Of a stretch of DNA of 64,000 nt, positions 1 to 13,491 are shown in pieces. How positions within the stretch are numbered: position 1 is the stretch's first letter; each line of letters starts with the position of its first letter. The translations under genes and the position numbers were made by a program. This stretch comes from Yuukianura sp. NJ FZ-2021 (taxonomy: Eukaryota). The notes under the pieces were generated by a model. That model was given only the letters and a program-made list of their open reading frames with translations. It had not been told where the DNA came from and did not search any database. Location: contig CM102285.1 of assembly GCA_046563655.1 (NCBI GenBank), forward strand, positions 13,764,001 to 13,828,000, written 5' to 3'.

Positions 1-78
1 AAATTACAATTAACTAATGAAATTCGCAATCCAACGTGTAACGAGCAATTTATGTTCCGTGTATCATCCGAAACTCAC

Positions 79-3022
79 CGATCCGTGATGTAAGGTGTTT
101 CGCCACAACGATTCGGTCTGTACAACAGTTGACTATGTACTGGATTCCTTAGAAGTAGTTCCACTATTTGTTTAGATCGAGCTCTCATTGCAATATGTAA
201 AGCCGTGTCTCCATTCTTGTCAGTTGCAGATACTTTGGCTCGCTTTTCCAGCAGGAGAGCCACGATCTCGAGATTCCTGTTTCTCACGGCTCTGATCAAC
301 GCTGTGTCTCCGTCCTGCTCAAAACAAGAATCGCCACTGTCACAATTTTTCCCGTAAAAAATGAAGACAAAAGGCTCACTTTTGTTGCAATTTCCAAATC
401 AGGATTCGACGCCAGAATTAATTTTACCACTCCAACGTGTGATTTCTCCACTATAAACAAAAAGATAGCAAATCTCCCAAAAACTTCCTTTCAACTTGTT
501 AGCATCAACGTTGAAGGAAATCAGTACCTGCCCAGTACAATGCCGTTTTTCTATCTTTCCCGTGCACGTTGACGTCTGCATGACGTTTCAGCAGAGCCTC
601 GACAATTGATCGATGACCGCCCTTGGCAGCATGAACTAAATTTGAACTTCCACCACGATCCTAAAAAAACGAAAAAGACAAGTTGCACATTCGTAATTCA
701 AACTATGAAAAAATTAGCAGTTTTCAATGATTATTTATAAGCCAGAGGTCTGATTCATTCAGTTTCTTGGTTCAACTTACGCTGACGTTGATGTAAGCTC
801 CGTAGTTGAGCAGCATCACAGCAATTTCATGGAATCCTTCTTTACAAGCCAGAGACAAAGCAGAACACCCATCTTTGTCCAATGCATTGACATTAGGTTT
901 GTGATCCAGCAGCAGTTTCACAACTTCCACATGGTTTCCCGCCGTGGCTACCAATAATGGAGTCCAACTTGTCTGTTCATGCAAAATCAAAATTCAACAC
1001 TTTAGCGACAATCATCAACTTATAAGTTTACTAAATCGCAAATTATACTAACCATTCCTGATGCGTCTACCATCGCTTCCGATTGCAGCAGCAGGTCAAC
1101 AATTTCCAAGTACCCTCTTCGCGCTGCCCAGATGAGTGGAGTCGTTCCATATTTGTCTCCTGTGTTCACTTTTGCACCGAAATGAATCAAATCACGGGCA
1201 ATTTCGAAATGACCACGACCTGCTGCCCAGGCCAGGCAAGTAACGTTGTAGTTTCCATAAGCATTCACATCTGCCCCCTTTTCTATCAAAATCCGAGCTG
1301 CCCTTGACCTTCCCTTGTACGACGTCCAGAGCAAAGGGGTCCACCCTCCCTAGAAAACAAAAAAAAATCAAAATTTTGAAACATTTTCAGTAGAAAACTT
1401 CAAAAAAAAACTTCAAATTTGTGCAAGCAGAGCCTGCCTTACCATATCTCGATGGTCAATTTGTGCTCCCCGATCGAGCAATTCGGAAACAATCTCATCG
1501 TGTCCCTCCTTTGCCGCAAATCTACAACAAAACACAATTTAAACACAAAAAAAAACTTCAAAAACTTCAAAAATTTTAGGAAAATTCTACATACAAAAGT
1601 GCTGTCCAATTGTCATCATCTTCTGCATTGACTTCTGCTCCATGCTCGATCAAAGCTCGAACAAAATTGGCTTTTCCGCGACCCGCAGCTACCATCAACG
1701 CAGTGGCTCCAGTCTGAAACAAAATCAAAAAATTCAAGTCAAATCAAAATTCATAAACGAAATTTCATAAAAATCACAAGCATTTTCTCACTTCATCTCG
1801 ATCGTCCACTACAATGCGGCGACTGTCCAACAAGTTTTGAAATGCACTGAAGTTTTCTTCTGTAATGAAGGTCACTAGAGCGCGATTCGTGAGCGACACC
1901 ATTGAGTCAGATCCAGAAGATATGAGTCCTTGCTGCAAAAAATTGAACAGAACAATTTTAGCACTTAGCGCTTCATTCACACTTTAAATTACTTTTGAAT
2001 CACTCCAATTCCAGCAGATTAACACCAAAAGTTTTAGAAATTATTAGTTTAAACCATCAGTTTAATCCAGAAACTCTTCTTTAGATTTCTTAAAAACTAC
2101 AAACGCGCAAGCTCAAACTATTTCTATTGAACTCCGTTTTTAGTACACTCGGTTTTTTAGTGAATTCGGTTTTTAGTACACTCAGTTCTAAGAAAAGTCA
2201 GTTTTTTTAGTGAACTCGACGTACAAGAACAAAATCATGCCAAAAACCTTGGACTTTTTAAACCTGAGAGAATCGTCTGAAATATCCAGGAAGTGAAAAT
2301 CGCATCATCAGATGCGAATCATGATGCTGCGCAGTTGATAATTTTTGTGGATGAAGATGCTGGACAGTAATTCGTTTAGGCGGAGTACACGGATGGGAGT
2401 GCATCCTTGGCCGACATGTTCTTGCATTATAAATCTTTCCAACAGTTCCTTCAGAATACGACAAAGGCGACTGAAGAAGTCGTATGCTTTGCGGTGACTT
2501 GGACTTTCTATTTTCCTTGGAAGACGAAACAGTGTCATCTTTTTCTGAATCCGTACTGCTGCTAGAATGTCGTGGCGACATTGGCCTCTTTCCAGTAACA
2601 TCACGCTGCTCCTCACCTGCCGCATCGCTAGGTTCATCTAAAGAGTCTACGCTGATTTGCTTCCTAAAGGACAGACGCGCCCGCTGAAACCGCGTCGTTT
2701 CGGGTTCGTGAAGACGAGATGTCGTGTTGGTACCGTGAGACACAGAAACGGTATTCGGTTCTTCCGAATCCGAACTTGACGATGACGTAGGAAGAGGACC
2801 TTGGCCCGAATTGATCCGAATGCTCGGAATTGGATATTTTCTGGGACTTCTGCTAGTTCTTGCAAGAACATTTCTAGAAATATGTTTCCGGACAAACGAC
2901 GGAAGAAAATGGCCCGGAGGAGAGACGCCAGAAAATCCAGGATTGGTCCTTGCATTGTCTTCGCCAGACACAATGTCAATCACAGTAGCAGTTTCACTGC
3001 GATTTGGTGCGTTGTCGATCAT
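79..3022 (-). CDS. Kidins220: Kinase D-interacting substrate of 220 kDa / ARMS, N-terminal ankyrin-repeat exons (partial; the gene continues left of position 1)
   Basis: Spliced exons encode consecutive ankyrin repeats (GWTPLLWTSYKG, GTTPLIWAARRG, SWTPLLVATAGN, GDTALHIAMRAR...LLRNP...LLYRPNRCGETPY). The segment MVSLTNRALVTFITEENFSAFQNLLDSRRIVVDDRDE resembles the Kidins220/Arms N-terminus. The Ser/Arg-rich exon (~2264-3022) splices in frame. Confidence 0.9.
2130..2220. repeat. Short degenerate ~17-bp tandem repeat (actcggtttttagtac/gaa) in an intron
   Basis: About 4-5 visible copies of the motif c(g)gttttt(t)agt(ac/ga)actc. Confidence 0.6.
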
Positions 3023-4967
3023 GGATTACTGCTACCCGGATGGAGTTAAGCTAATGCGAGCTGCAAACAAAGCTTTGAGATATCCCAACGTTAATCATAA
3101 CTTAACTAAATGGCATTAACGTGTAAACCAGCGCTGGTTTAATCAAAATGACGCTTACAATTTCTATACCCAGCTCTACTCTGAACGCAACAGGCATGAT
3201 AATGACATATGACCTGAAATTTTTAGTCTGGTCTTACGTTAACGTAGGCGCCATGTTGAGGAAGCTCAAGATGGTGAGGGTGCTCGATAACGATTTCACT
3301 TTGAACTCTTCTCATTGGTCCAATTTTTAATTAACAAAAAATTAGTATAATAAAAAAAAGAGTAAATTCGATTTTAGCAAAGCGTTTCCACTTAGGGAAC
3401 GCACAACAACGTTAAAAATGTGTCCCTCGTTTCCAATTGCGCAATTGAAGTGGGAAAACTTTTTTCTCAAAAAAAAGTTATCGAAAATGGGAAAAGCTAT
3501 TCATTTCAACTTATGCACCACCATGACTAGAATACTAAGATTTACGTCAAGAATAAGATTAACAAAAGTAACATTGACGTGGTCAATTGAAAATTCATTA
3601 GTACTAATACAGAAGCAGTGTTCTGCAGTTTCCGAAATTTTGAAAACATTGCAACAACGTGATTGTTTTCTTTTGTTTGTTTTGTTTTTTTTTTTTAAAA
3701 AAAAAGAGAAGGACGCTTTTAAAAACTTACGACAAATTGAATCCCGCTTTCTCCAAGGACCCACCGAAACATTTTCCAATTTCTCAAAATTTTGTAAACT
3801 TTTAGCCCGCAGGCCACTTAACTTCCTAGTTCTAATTCACTGTTCTAAAAAGTTGAAAAATGTAAGAAATTTCTTCAGTCTAAACCATTCCATGTTCCTG
3901 TCTGGGGTTGGTTCGTGTCAAACGAAAGACAAAGTTTAGCAATAAAGTTAATGTTTCGTAAAATCATTTTATGTTGAATTCGTGACATCGGGACACCACT
4001 TAAGAGAAAGTTTCGTGATACCGTTTTATTAGTTTATGGCTACTAAGATGCAACACAATAATCAACAAATGGATAAACCAATCGATTTTGTCACAATCTC
4101 AAATTGAAACTGCAATGAAGAATGCTCTACAAATACTAAAACTTGTGAACTTTGAATACTAAATTAAATAGTTCAACAGAAGTTAGTCAACTTTTACGAC
4201 CTTTGCCAACTTTTAAGTTTAAAGTTTTAAAATTGATTGTTTTTGAAACAATGGTCACATAAAATTGAAATGTAAATATTTACCGTGAATTGGTCCAAGT
4301 CCAATACTACCCTTCCGGGGTCACATTTCGTGCCAAATTTTGAACAACTTTTGATGCTCGATTTTGACATGCACTCAAAACAATTCTTAATTTTCAAAAT
4401 AAATTTTTCAAAAACATCAGTTTCAATTTCGACGTTACGAAACTATTAGTATGTTGCATTTGTTTTGGAAACACTCCGAGACAACTCTGGCCAATTTTTC
4501 GAAAAAATCTGTTGGAAACGATCCCAACACACGAGAGAAAACTGCCACTATTTTTGCTGAGACCAAGTTTTTAGAAATTATGCTTGAGTAAACTGAAACT
4601 AAAAGGCCAAACTGTCTGTCTCTGCACTTTTTGCCAACGAAGAAACGCGTCTCTTTGTCGTTAAACTTTGATCTCAAACTAATTTAAGAGAGCGATGAAA
4701 AGTGACAGGGCAGATAACGCTTTGGAAGAACTTGAGTGGAATTAATTCTCGCTTTAAAAGCATGATCAACGACTATTAGGGCTTGTTGCGTCGTTCTTAC
4801 AAAGTCAAGACTCGTCAGAGTCGAATTCTGGTTAAGCTCAAAAGGGTGGACGAATGTAAAGTGACAGCAGAAATTTACTTGAGAAGAGATGATCTAAGCG
4901 ATTTTGATGTGCGCTTCGGAGTTGCTAACTTTTACAAAGCTACTTTGTTATAAACAGTTAGAGTTAC

Positions 4968-5357
4968 CTTCAGAATCTGTTGATGATTGAGGTAGAAGTA
5001 AAAATGATATGTTGAGTTTCAATATACCGCAGCAGTTGCTAGCAATTTTTGATCATGGATTCCAAATTAATGTCATGGATTGATGAGTTTTGCGATTGAA
5101 GAAGTATTTCAGTTTCAGTCCTTGGAAGAAGTTTTGTGACTAGGATTTTGCAGTGCTTTTGTGAATTTAGACTAGATTTTGCATAGGAATCGGCAGTTGT
5201 TGCAACTTGCAAGTGAGATTGCGTGGTGGTGGAGATTATGGCGTTTGTGAACTCCGGGGAGATCGAATCAGATCAATTAGCACTGTCAGCAGTTGGTGGA
5301 AGTTTCTGATTTCATTCCGTCTCGATCCTTCAAGCGACATGATACGTTCACCGATCC
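4968..5357 (-). other. Probable non-coding 5'-UTR exon of Kidins220
   Basis: On the minus strand it is bounded by the acceptor ttccag|gatcgg and the donor ctgaag|gtaact. It has no long ORF and lies upstream of the acceptor near 3061. Confidence 0.45.
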
Positions 5358-6306
5358 TGGAAGTAACACAAACGATATCACACGTCAGTAACAGAAACAA
5401 TAAGAAAATACTTTTCTAACATCATGTATAAAGTACGCAGTATCGGCAGTACCTTTTCAAAGACGATGCGTTTTGAATGCCTTTTTTAGAAACGCAATAG
5501 TTTTACCTTCGACCTTTTCAACAATGGATTTCCAAACACCAATACTTGAAAATACATAAGACAGTAACACAAAGAAGTAATCTCAGTCTAAAAATTGCAG
5601 CACAGAGATTCTATAACAAAACAATTAATTAATTTAACACATTTCTAATGCCTAACTTTATGTTTTTGATGTTTTTCAGCTTTTTAGATAAAAACAGCTG
5701 AAATATTTTTAAAGAGTTCAACTTCGAGACGCTTTCTGTGCATTCAGTCTGCTCTACAGCGTTGGGCACCGAAATATATACAGTTTACAAATTTATAAAA
5801 TTTGATGTTACTATAATATGATAAATTGGTTTAGCTAAAATTAATTCAATTCATAAATAATTATTAAATCAAATGTTAAGTGCAATTGACGTATTTTATA
5901 TTTACAAGTATTTTAGAATGCCCAGATCGGTAAAAAGGTAAAGCAGGTTGTGTGTATGTTGTTAAAAATCCGTTCGTGTTATGTTTAAAAGAATTCCCGC
6001 GCTGTTGAAAATCAGCTGGAGATTTAACTTACTGAAGAGGAATTGGAATCAATCGATTAATTGAATAATTCTGGACCTTTTAAATAGAAAATCGACATAA
6101 TCTCAAGTTCAGTTGGGAGAGTAATTAGTTCCGCTGTTGGCCATTGTTAGAAACTGCGGAAAAAACTACTCCCTTTTGCTTGGGTAATTAATCAGGAAAC
6201 TTTTAATTTTGATTAAAATCAAATTGATGAAGTAATTGTGTGCTTATGGGTTTTCAGATCGATTATTTTGATACATCGCTGCTACGTGCCAAGATCATAC
6301 TCAAGG

Positions 6307-7107
6307 ATGGACTCATTTCCGTCAACATGTCACTTCTGCGGCCAAGAAATAACAAAGTTTACGCTGCGGTTACTTCCGGCAAGGAAAATGCCGAAGAAAT
6401 CACTGAAACTTTACCACAACCCTGTTCGTCAGAAAAATGCTTCGTCTACCTTTAACCCGGATCAGTCCAGTTTCAAAACATACATTCATCGACTCTCTTT
6501 ACCTAAAAACGTCGTGGTAAAACCGAGATCTAGTAGTATTAGAATAAAACGAATGAATTCATGAATTGACTGAAACTATTTTCATGTCCAGAAAATCAAA
6601 TGTGGAATATGCGCTACTACTGCTTCAATGGCCACTCGAAAACCAGCATATCATCCGCCAGCATCCGCTACTCCCTCTTCCAGTTCAACTCCAATCGAGG
6701 GCAAGCGTTCCAGAAAACGAAAACACGCCACACCGAAAGATGACAATGCTGGTTTAATTATACCTGCCTCACTACGTTTTCCAGCAAATCCAAGTCCTGC
6801 TTCGCAGACTCCATTACCAACACCTCCAGAGTCAAAGTCGACACAAAGCGTGTTGTTTAGTAATCAGCGTATAAATACTACGCCTATATCACTCCAGACT
6901 CCTCCAGCAGCAGTTGGTCAGAACGGAAATGAAGACCAACTTCGTCCTTCTAAAAGAACGCTGTACAATCAAGCGAAGAAGAGCATCCGAGATGACAAGA
7001 AAAAGAAGAAGCAGGAAGTGGCGCTACTACAAAAAGCTTTGCTCAAATCTAAAGAAATGGCTAATTCTGGATCCTCATCGTTAGGACGTTTCCTCGAGCA
7101 GGACTAG
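6307..7107 (+). CDS. C18orf21/UPF0711 (RMP24)-like protein, Rpp21/Snm1-type zinc ribbon; exons 6307-6516 and 6592-7107
   Basis: The spliced product MDSFPSTCHFCGQEITKFTLRLLPARKMPKKSLKLY...PKNVV|KIKCGICAT has two CxxC pairs, a TP-rich linker and a C-terminal LLQKALLKSKE...SSLGRFLEQD. This parallels the C18orf21 layout as I recall it (CPYC...RVRLKP...VLLITCKTC...LKMLL...FRNFLSSL). Confidence 0.65.
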
Positions 7108-7370
7108 AAAGGATTTTTTTTAAAGTTAATTTTTCAACTGTTAACGCCGGTAAGATAAATTTTTGTACTTGGAAAGCTATAATAAAGTTTCTTTTCAGTT
7201 TTTTGTTGGTTGTTTCCTTGGTTCATCGTCACAACTAAATTTTAAACATTTGTGAAAATGTTGGAGTTGTTTGTGCGCAATTGCAGGAATTTCAGCGACT
7301 GACTCCATATGCATTCTTCTCTGGATTGTGCAGTGCATTCAGGTTCTACTCCTTCGTCAAAAATTGCAAA

Positions 7371-9343
7371 ATGACCAAAGTTAAGAAAATTCAACGATGG
7401 GCCATTTGCCTCAGGATTGCAATTTTTGTTCTGAATGCCTTCGTTTGGGTAAGGAGATGGAAAGTAAAGAATTCATAGTTTTGGAATCTAAATTTTAAAA
7501 ATCCTAAATGTTTCTTTGCAGCTAGGAGCTCTGTTTGCAATCATTTGCGGACTTATGGTAGGATTTTCGAATGGAACTTTCTCGCTTGACGCTGAAGAGG
7601 ACGACGACTATGTCGGGGGAGAAATACGCTGGAAAGATGCACTTTATACTACGCCTGCGACGCTGCTCATTTATTACGGAGTTCTTATGCTCATCACAGC
7701 AATTTTCGGGTGTTTCGCTGGAGCTGGAGCAAGACGCTGCTGCAACATTACGGTAATTCAACTTCATAAAAGTTAAAATTCAACTTGAAAATAAGATTTT
7801 TAGTTAAGTTAATACATTTTTTAACTTTTCAGTATGTCGTTGCAATTGTGGTGACGCTTCTGTTTGACATGATCTTTGGGTATTTCTTCTTCTGGAATCC
7901 ATTTGCCATGAGAAGTTTCATTAAATACTTGGATAAGTCCATGGATAGCTACGGAGTCTCCAATTCAGCATCTTTTGGCATCATTCCTCACCACCCTACG
8001 AAATACTGGGACCATCTTCAAAAAACAGTACAAATCTCAAAGGTCATGAAATTTTTCATTTTTCAAAATGTAAATTTTATGTTAAAATGTTAAATTTTAA
8101 AACTTGCAGGGTAGCTGCTGCGGCAAGTTTGGCACTGACGAATGGAAAACCAAGACGATTGGATCTGAAAAGTATTCTTACAGCATTCCAGATTCCTGCT
8201 GCACCAAGGACTACGAGTACAGAAAATGTGGCTGGAGAGTCTGGAAACACATGGAGGGTGACATGGACCACTACAGATCACAAATGCTCAAGAAAGTGGT
8301 ACGTTGATTCCATGGAATGTAATATGGTCAAAAACAATTTGGTCAAAAATTCAAAAGGTCAAAAAGTGAAAAAGTCAAAGAAATGAAAACTTAAAAGTCA
8401 CCTAACATATCTTAACTAAATTAAGTAAAAGTGAATTTAACGTTTAGTTTTCGTCGTTATATTCAATGTTTCTAATTTTGGTTTAAAGTTTATAATTTTT
8501 TACTTTAACTTTGACCTGTGTAGGTAGGATTTGTAGTGGTTGACGTTTTCAGTGTTTGACCTTTTCACATTTTGATCAAATTTTTTTGACCATTTCACCT
8601 TATACGGGTACGTACGGGAAGCTATGTTTCATCAAAAAGCATTTAAAAGCTTCTTTTTTTTTTTGAAAATTTTGTAATTTCAGGGCTGCATTTCCATTTT
8701 TCCAGAAGAAGTGACAACAAAATACGAAGAAGTTTCCTGGATTGTCATAATTCTTGGACTTTTCATGGTCGCTTGTGCCATTTGTGCCATCGTTCTTCTT
8801 TTTCTGATCTTCACTAAAAAGTACAAAGCTGGACAAGGTCCTCAGCAGTTGCCCCGATTCGCCCGAACTTCTGGCCACACCGAGTCACCCGTACCGAACG
8901 TCCCAATTGACTACAGCATCAACGACGAAAACGACTCGAGATACCACGATGTCGATTTTGCTCAACGCAATAATCAATTACGACCTTGTCGAGATGAAGA
9001 CGAAGACCAATCAACTGCTGTCCGCCGGCAATCCAGAATTCCGAGATTATCAATTGCTCGAGCCCAAACTCGAATCTATCCAACGTATGAAGATGAAAAC
9101 CAAACTGGGCCGAAACAAGGTCGTCGTGCTACGATTGATAGTCAAGACAAAGAAGATACTCCCAGAAGATCAATTCTCAGAACTGGACCAGCACGAGACA
9201 AACTTTCCACAACAGAGAAGATTTATTTCAACAGAAATTTTGAAACCAATTCGGAAGTTGAGGCTTTACCGGTCGTGTACCGAGGAAGAGCAGAAAATCG
9301 TGTAGAGGCTCCAGGAGTACGTGATCGTGGCATGTCGCGCTAA
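7371..9343 (+). CDS. Tetraspanin with long C-terminal tail; exons ~7371-7448, 7522-7752, 7833-8027, 8110-8297, 8684-9343
   Basis: Four hydrophobic TM segments, FGCFAGAG between TM2 and TM3, and a large loop with WDHLQKT|GSCCG, PDSCC and GC just before TM4. Confidence 0.9.
8320..8600. mobile_element. Degenerate MITE-like inverted-repeat element in a tetraspanin intron
   Basis: The left arm has tandem ggtcaaaaa units and the right arm has ttttgacc units ending tgaccatttcacct. The same end occurs at 14300-14315. Confidence 0.55.
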
Positions 9344-10434
9344 AATGTTGACTAATTTCAAAAATTTATGCAATTCAGGAAAAAAGATGCATTTTGTCAC
9401 TCGTGTTGACTCAATTGACAAAAATTGCAATACTTCATCTTTTGTAACAAAAAAGAAGCATTGTTGTTGCAAAAAAGAGCATAATTGATTGATGTTGATA
9501 TTTACTTTGATGTTGGCTACTTGATGCTGCTGCGATGCTGTCATAAGTTGTACTTGCACAGCACTGCATGTCTTTTATACTTGCGAAATACTTGCAGCAC
9601 ATGCACAGAATTGATTGCAGATTTCCTTGAAATTAACAGTTGCAAAAAATATTGGGGAAGCATTTTTTTTTAATTCCAAGGAACAATTAGCCTAAAATTA
9701 ATAATTAGCCTAATAATTAGGTTTTAAAAACTTACAAAAAATGCAATACTAAAAATTCACAAAAACCAATTTGAGTCAGAAATTTTTTTTTTGCACTTTT
9801 TTTCAAAATTTTATAACTTTGTATCAAAAGCGGAGACTCGGGTGTATCGTGATCTGCCTGAAATTTAAAAAGCGATGACAAGATTCATTTTTTAAAATCT
9901 GAACGGCTGAAACACGGCAGATTTTTCATTTTTTCACACAAAGCAATTTTTTTTTTACAAAAATTTGTATATTTTCCTAAATCATTTATCTTATCCTACT
10001 TTTATTTAATTATATTTAAAAGTTATTGACTTTTTAAACAAGTTTTTATTTGGTTCACGATAGGAAGAAAGAGACTGAAAAAAAAATGATTGGAATGATG
10101 ATCTCGTCTATCGTGTGTGAAGGTGATTTGGTTTCCGATTAATTTAAATGTTGATTGCTGCCTATTAGTTGACTTTTTCTGCTAAATTTTATTACACTTG
10201 TTGCTGTTTCTGCGAAATTATAACTTTTTCCATTCAAAAAGTGAATCTGCTTCATCTTCATTCTATCCAAAAGACTAATGTGGCTGTAACACGTTTTGTA
10301 TTTATGCCTCCTAGAACCTGTTAACCCCTGCATCTTCCCATTTTTACAAAAGATCTTAGAATAAAAAGAAATTACTTTGATCAGATTCAAAGTTTTAGGT
10401 GGTCAGACTTTGGGAAGTGAAGGACTTACTTAAG

Positions 10435-11773
10435 ATGAAGCAATTTTGGCCACTTTTGGCTTTGGCGGGGTTTTTAGTTGTGCTAAATTTTGAATTTGGC
10501 CAATCAGCAATCGTTCCTCAAAATGGAGTCATTACAATCCGAGTTCCAGGGAATAAACCGAATCAAACGAAGAAGGAAAATATAACAATGGACACTCTCA
10601 TGGAAGCTGTTGACGATTACATTGTAATGCTAACACTAAAAAAAAACTAAAAAAATTTGAAATTTTCCAAATTTTCTTGAAAATTTTCAACTTTTCCTGA
10701 TTGGAAATTTGGATCAAAAAACGTTCAATTTCAACATTTTTATTCAATTTTTATTTAATTTTTGCAGGATTTGTCTGATGCTTTCTATGGTCCAGCCGCC
10801 AGTGAAGTTGTGAGAGAAAAACGAACGTAAGACAAAAAAAAATCTGAAAAATTTTGAGGAAATCTAGTAGAATTTTGGAAAAACCAAATTTTTACAAAAT
10901 TTTTAAATTTGAAACAGGATGAACGTATTCCAGAGAGTAGCGAAAAGAGCTCGTGATGGAGTCAGAACTCTCCGAAACCTGTTTTCCGGAAGACGTCGAA
11001 CGGATGATTCAGAATCCGGCAGTGAAGCTCCGCGAAGCGGTGGATTTCGGAAATTTTTCAGTGATCTTCTGAACCGAATCCTCGTTTTCTTCACAACTTT
11101 GTGGGACAGGATCACTGGATTGTTCAGAAGAAATCCGGACAGTGACGAAGAAGGTGGCTCAAGATCTAAAAGCTTTTTGACCCGTCTCAGAGAGGGCGCT
11201 ACTTCTCTGGTCAAGCGATTCCGGAATCGGAACAAAGACGAAGGTGGCAGCAGCAGCAGCAGCGGCAGTCGATTCAGCATTCAAGGCGTTTTGGATACCT
11301 TGAAAGAACTGAATCCACAGTCTACTCAGGCACCCTATGTTCCAGGTGACTATGACAACAAGGACAGCGATTCGGACAAGAACGACGACATCAAGGAAAA
11401 ACCGGCAGAATCTGACGCAGACGCAATCGCTGAAGCCATGGCTGAAATGGCCGTGGAGTCTAGCTCTTCTGCGTCAGTAATCAGTGATGCAGCAATGTCT
11501 GAAAGTCAAGGTGGCTACAGTAGTGGTGGCTACAGCAGTGGTGGCTATAGCAGTGGTGGCTACACTGGAAGCAACGCAGTCAGATCTTACAGCGACGCTG
11601 CATACAGTGACCACTCTGCGTCGGCGTCGTGGGACGTAGGTTCGTTTGTTCCGTTTCCAATGGATTCGGATCCAAACTATCACTTGAACGGAGCTCGATC
11701 TTCGTCTTACTACACAATTCCTGTCAATCCCTGGTCATCTTCAAGGTCACGAAGAGAAGTTAGACGAGCTTAA
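10435..11773 (+). CDS. Uncharacterised secreted precursor A; exons 10435-10623, 10768-10826, 10918-11773
   Basis: Signal peptide MKQFWPLLALAGFLVVLNFEFGQSA; a 59-nt exon encoding DLSDAFYGPAASEVVREKR; then Arg/Phe-rich amphipathic segments, an acidic tract and (GGYSS)x3-4. Paralogous to 13492-16128. Confidence 0.85.
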
Positions 11774-13491
11774 AAAATAGTAAAATTCTAGATTTTTTAA
11801 AAGTTAAGGTCAACAAGGGTCAAAGTTTTTTTGAAATTTGGAATTTTGTGAACTTCTCTTCCAGAGACTAATTTTTGAGTAGATTTGCTCAAAATGTAAC
11901 TCAATCAAAATTAATTTGATACACCTCCTTTGGTCAACACTTTTTGTTGGTTGACCTCGAACAGTCCAAAAGTCAATAATTTCAAGGTGGACAAGTTCAA
12001 AGAAAAAATTTATGAAGTAACTACTCAACTTTTTGAGCAAATTTACAAACCGGTGTGTCCTTCATCGGCTCTAAACTGCCCCAATTTATTTGCTCATTGT
12101 TAAAAAATGTTAATTGAACAACATAATTTCGAAATTTTGTAATTGCAACGTTCTGTATTTCAAGATGCTCAAGAAACACATAAAATGCTCAATAAAGATT
12201 TTCCAAAGACAAATGTACAACAAAGCAACAAAAATTGCCAAAACCCGAAAATTTTCTATCTCTTTTTTTTTTTTTGCCAAATTTAATAATTTTGACCAAT
12301 TTTCCCTGTCTAACATCTGTAAATCCTTCTTCCAGGAAAACTTTGAACCGGATTCAGTGAAAATACTTGGAAAACGCAAAGTTGTAATTACTTTTAAGCA
12401 AAAATAAAACCATATACATGCCAAATAATCAAAATCTTGCATCACAACTTCTAAAGTTGAAAACCTGTTTGAATTAATTAGACACTTGGCAAGTTTTGTG
12501 TCTTACGCAAGGTCTTGGATCATACTACCTCTAATCAACCGGTAAAAAGGAGAACAGAAAACAATGAAATTTGAAATTGAGAGTAGTTTGACACAAATTT
12601 GTTAATTGTCAATTCAATGCTCGTCCTTTACTCGATTAACGATACATCCCCTATAGCCCTGTTTTGAAAAAAAAAACTGCATTGCATAAGTTAAAAGATT
12701 CACTTTTTGCCAAATCTCTTACTCCAATTAAGTTTAAATCTTTCATTTTCATGCATGTCACTTTATAGTCAGTCATGTTCAATCGTTAAGCATTATGAAA
12801 AAAAAAACAGCTCTTCCTGGATGCTCAAACTCCGCACTCCTCCTCCTCCTCCTCCTCCCTCCTCCTCCTCCTCAGGTGAAGTTAAATGTCAAAATTTTCA
12901 AAAGTTACACGCGAAATTGTAAATTATTGTCAAAATTGTTGGATTAGGCAACACCAAGATCATCAAAAGACTTCTGCTTCCTAGTATGTCGTTAATCCAA
13001 CTAAAGTTTAACTTAACTAACCTAACCAAACCACTAACTAACTAGTACAACTTTTTAAGGGTGAGATTGTTTAAGAAGATGAATTCATAACATTCACAGG
13101 CCTTAAAAAACAAACGTTGTTTGTTGTAAAGGACGCTTCTGATTTTGCCAATTTTTTCCTCCTTGAACATTGAAAGTTATCCTTCCTAGGAAAAGTGCAA
13201 AGTTAAAGTAAATTTGCAAAAGTGAATTTGCAGAAGTAAATTTGGAGAAGAGGGGGTCGCAGTTGCGTCTGAGGATTATTGCAATTGAGAGCAGATTGTA
13301 ATTGTTAAGGATTGGAAGAAGAAGACGCTAACTCGCAAAGGTGCTACCTTGGTCTCATTCTCAAATTTACCTTGTTTTGATATACATTTGATCTCAGAAT
13401 AAATGTCTTTGATTTAGTATACATTCTAAACAGTTCGATTTTTACCTGAATTAGCTCAATTTTAGTTTTGGTTTTTAGATTTCTCAAAAAG

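Noticed and set aside
3418..3939. 173-aa plus-strand ORF in a Kidins220 intron
   Set aside because: Low-complexity F/K/L-rich translation of AT-rich intron sequence with poly-T/poly-A runs and no recognisable motif.
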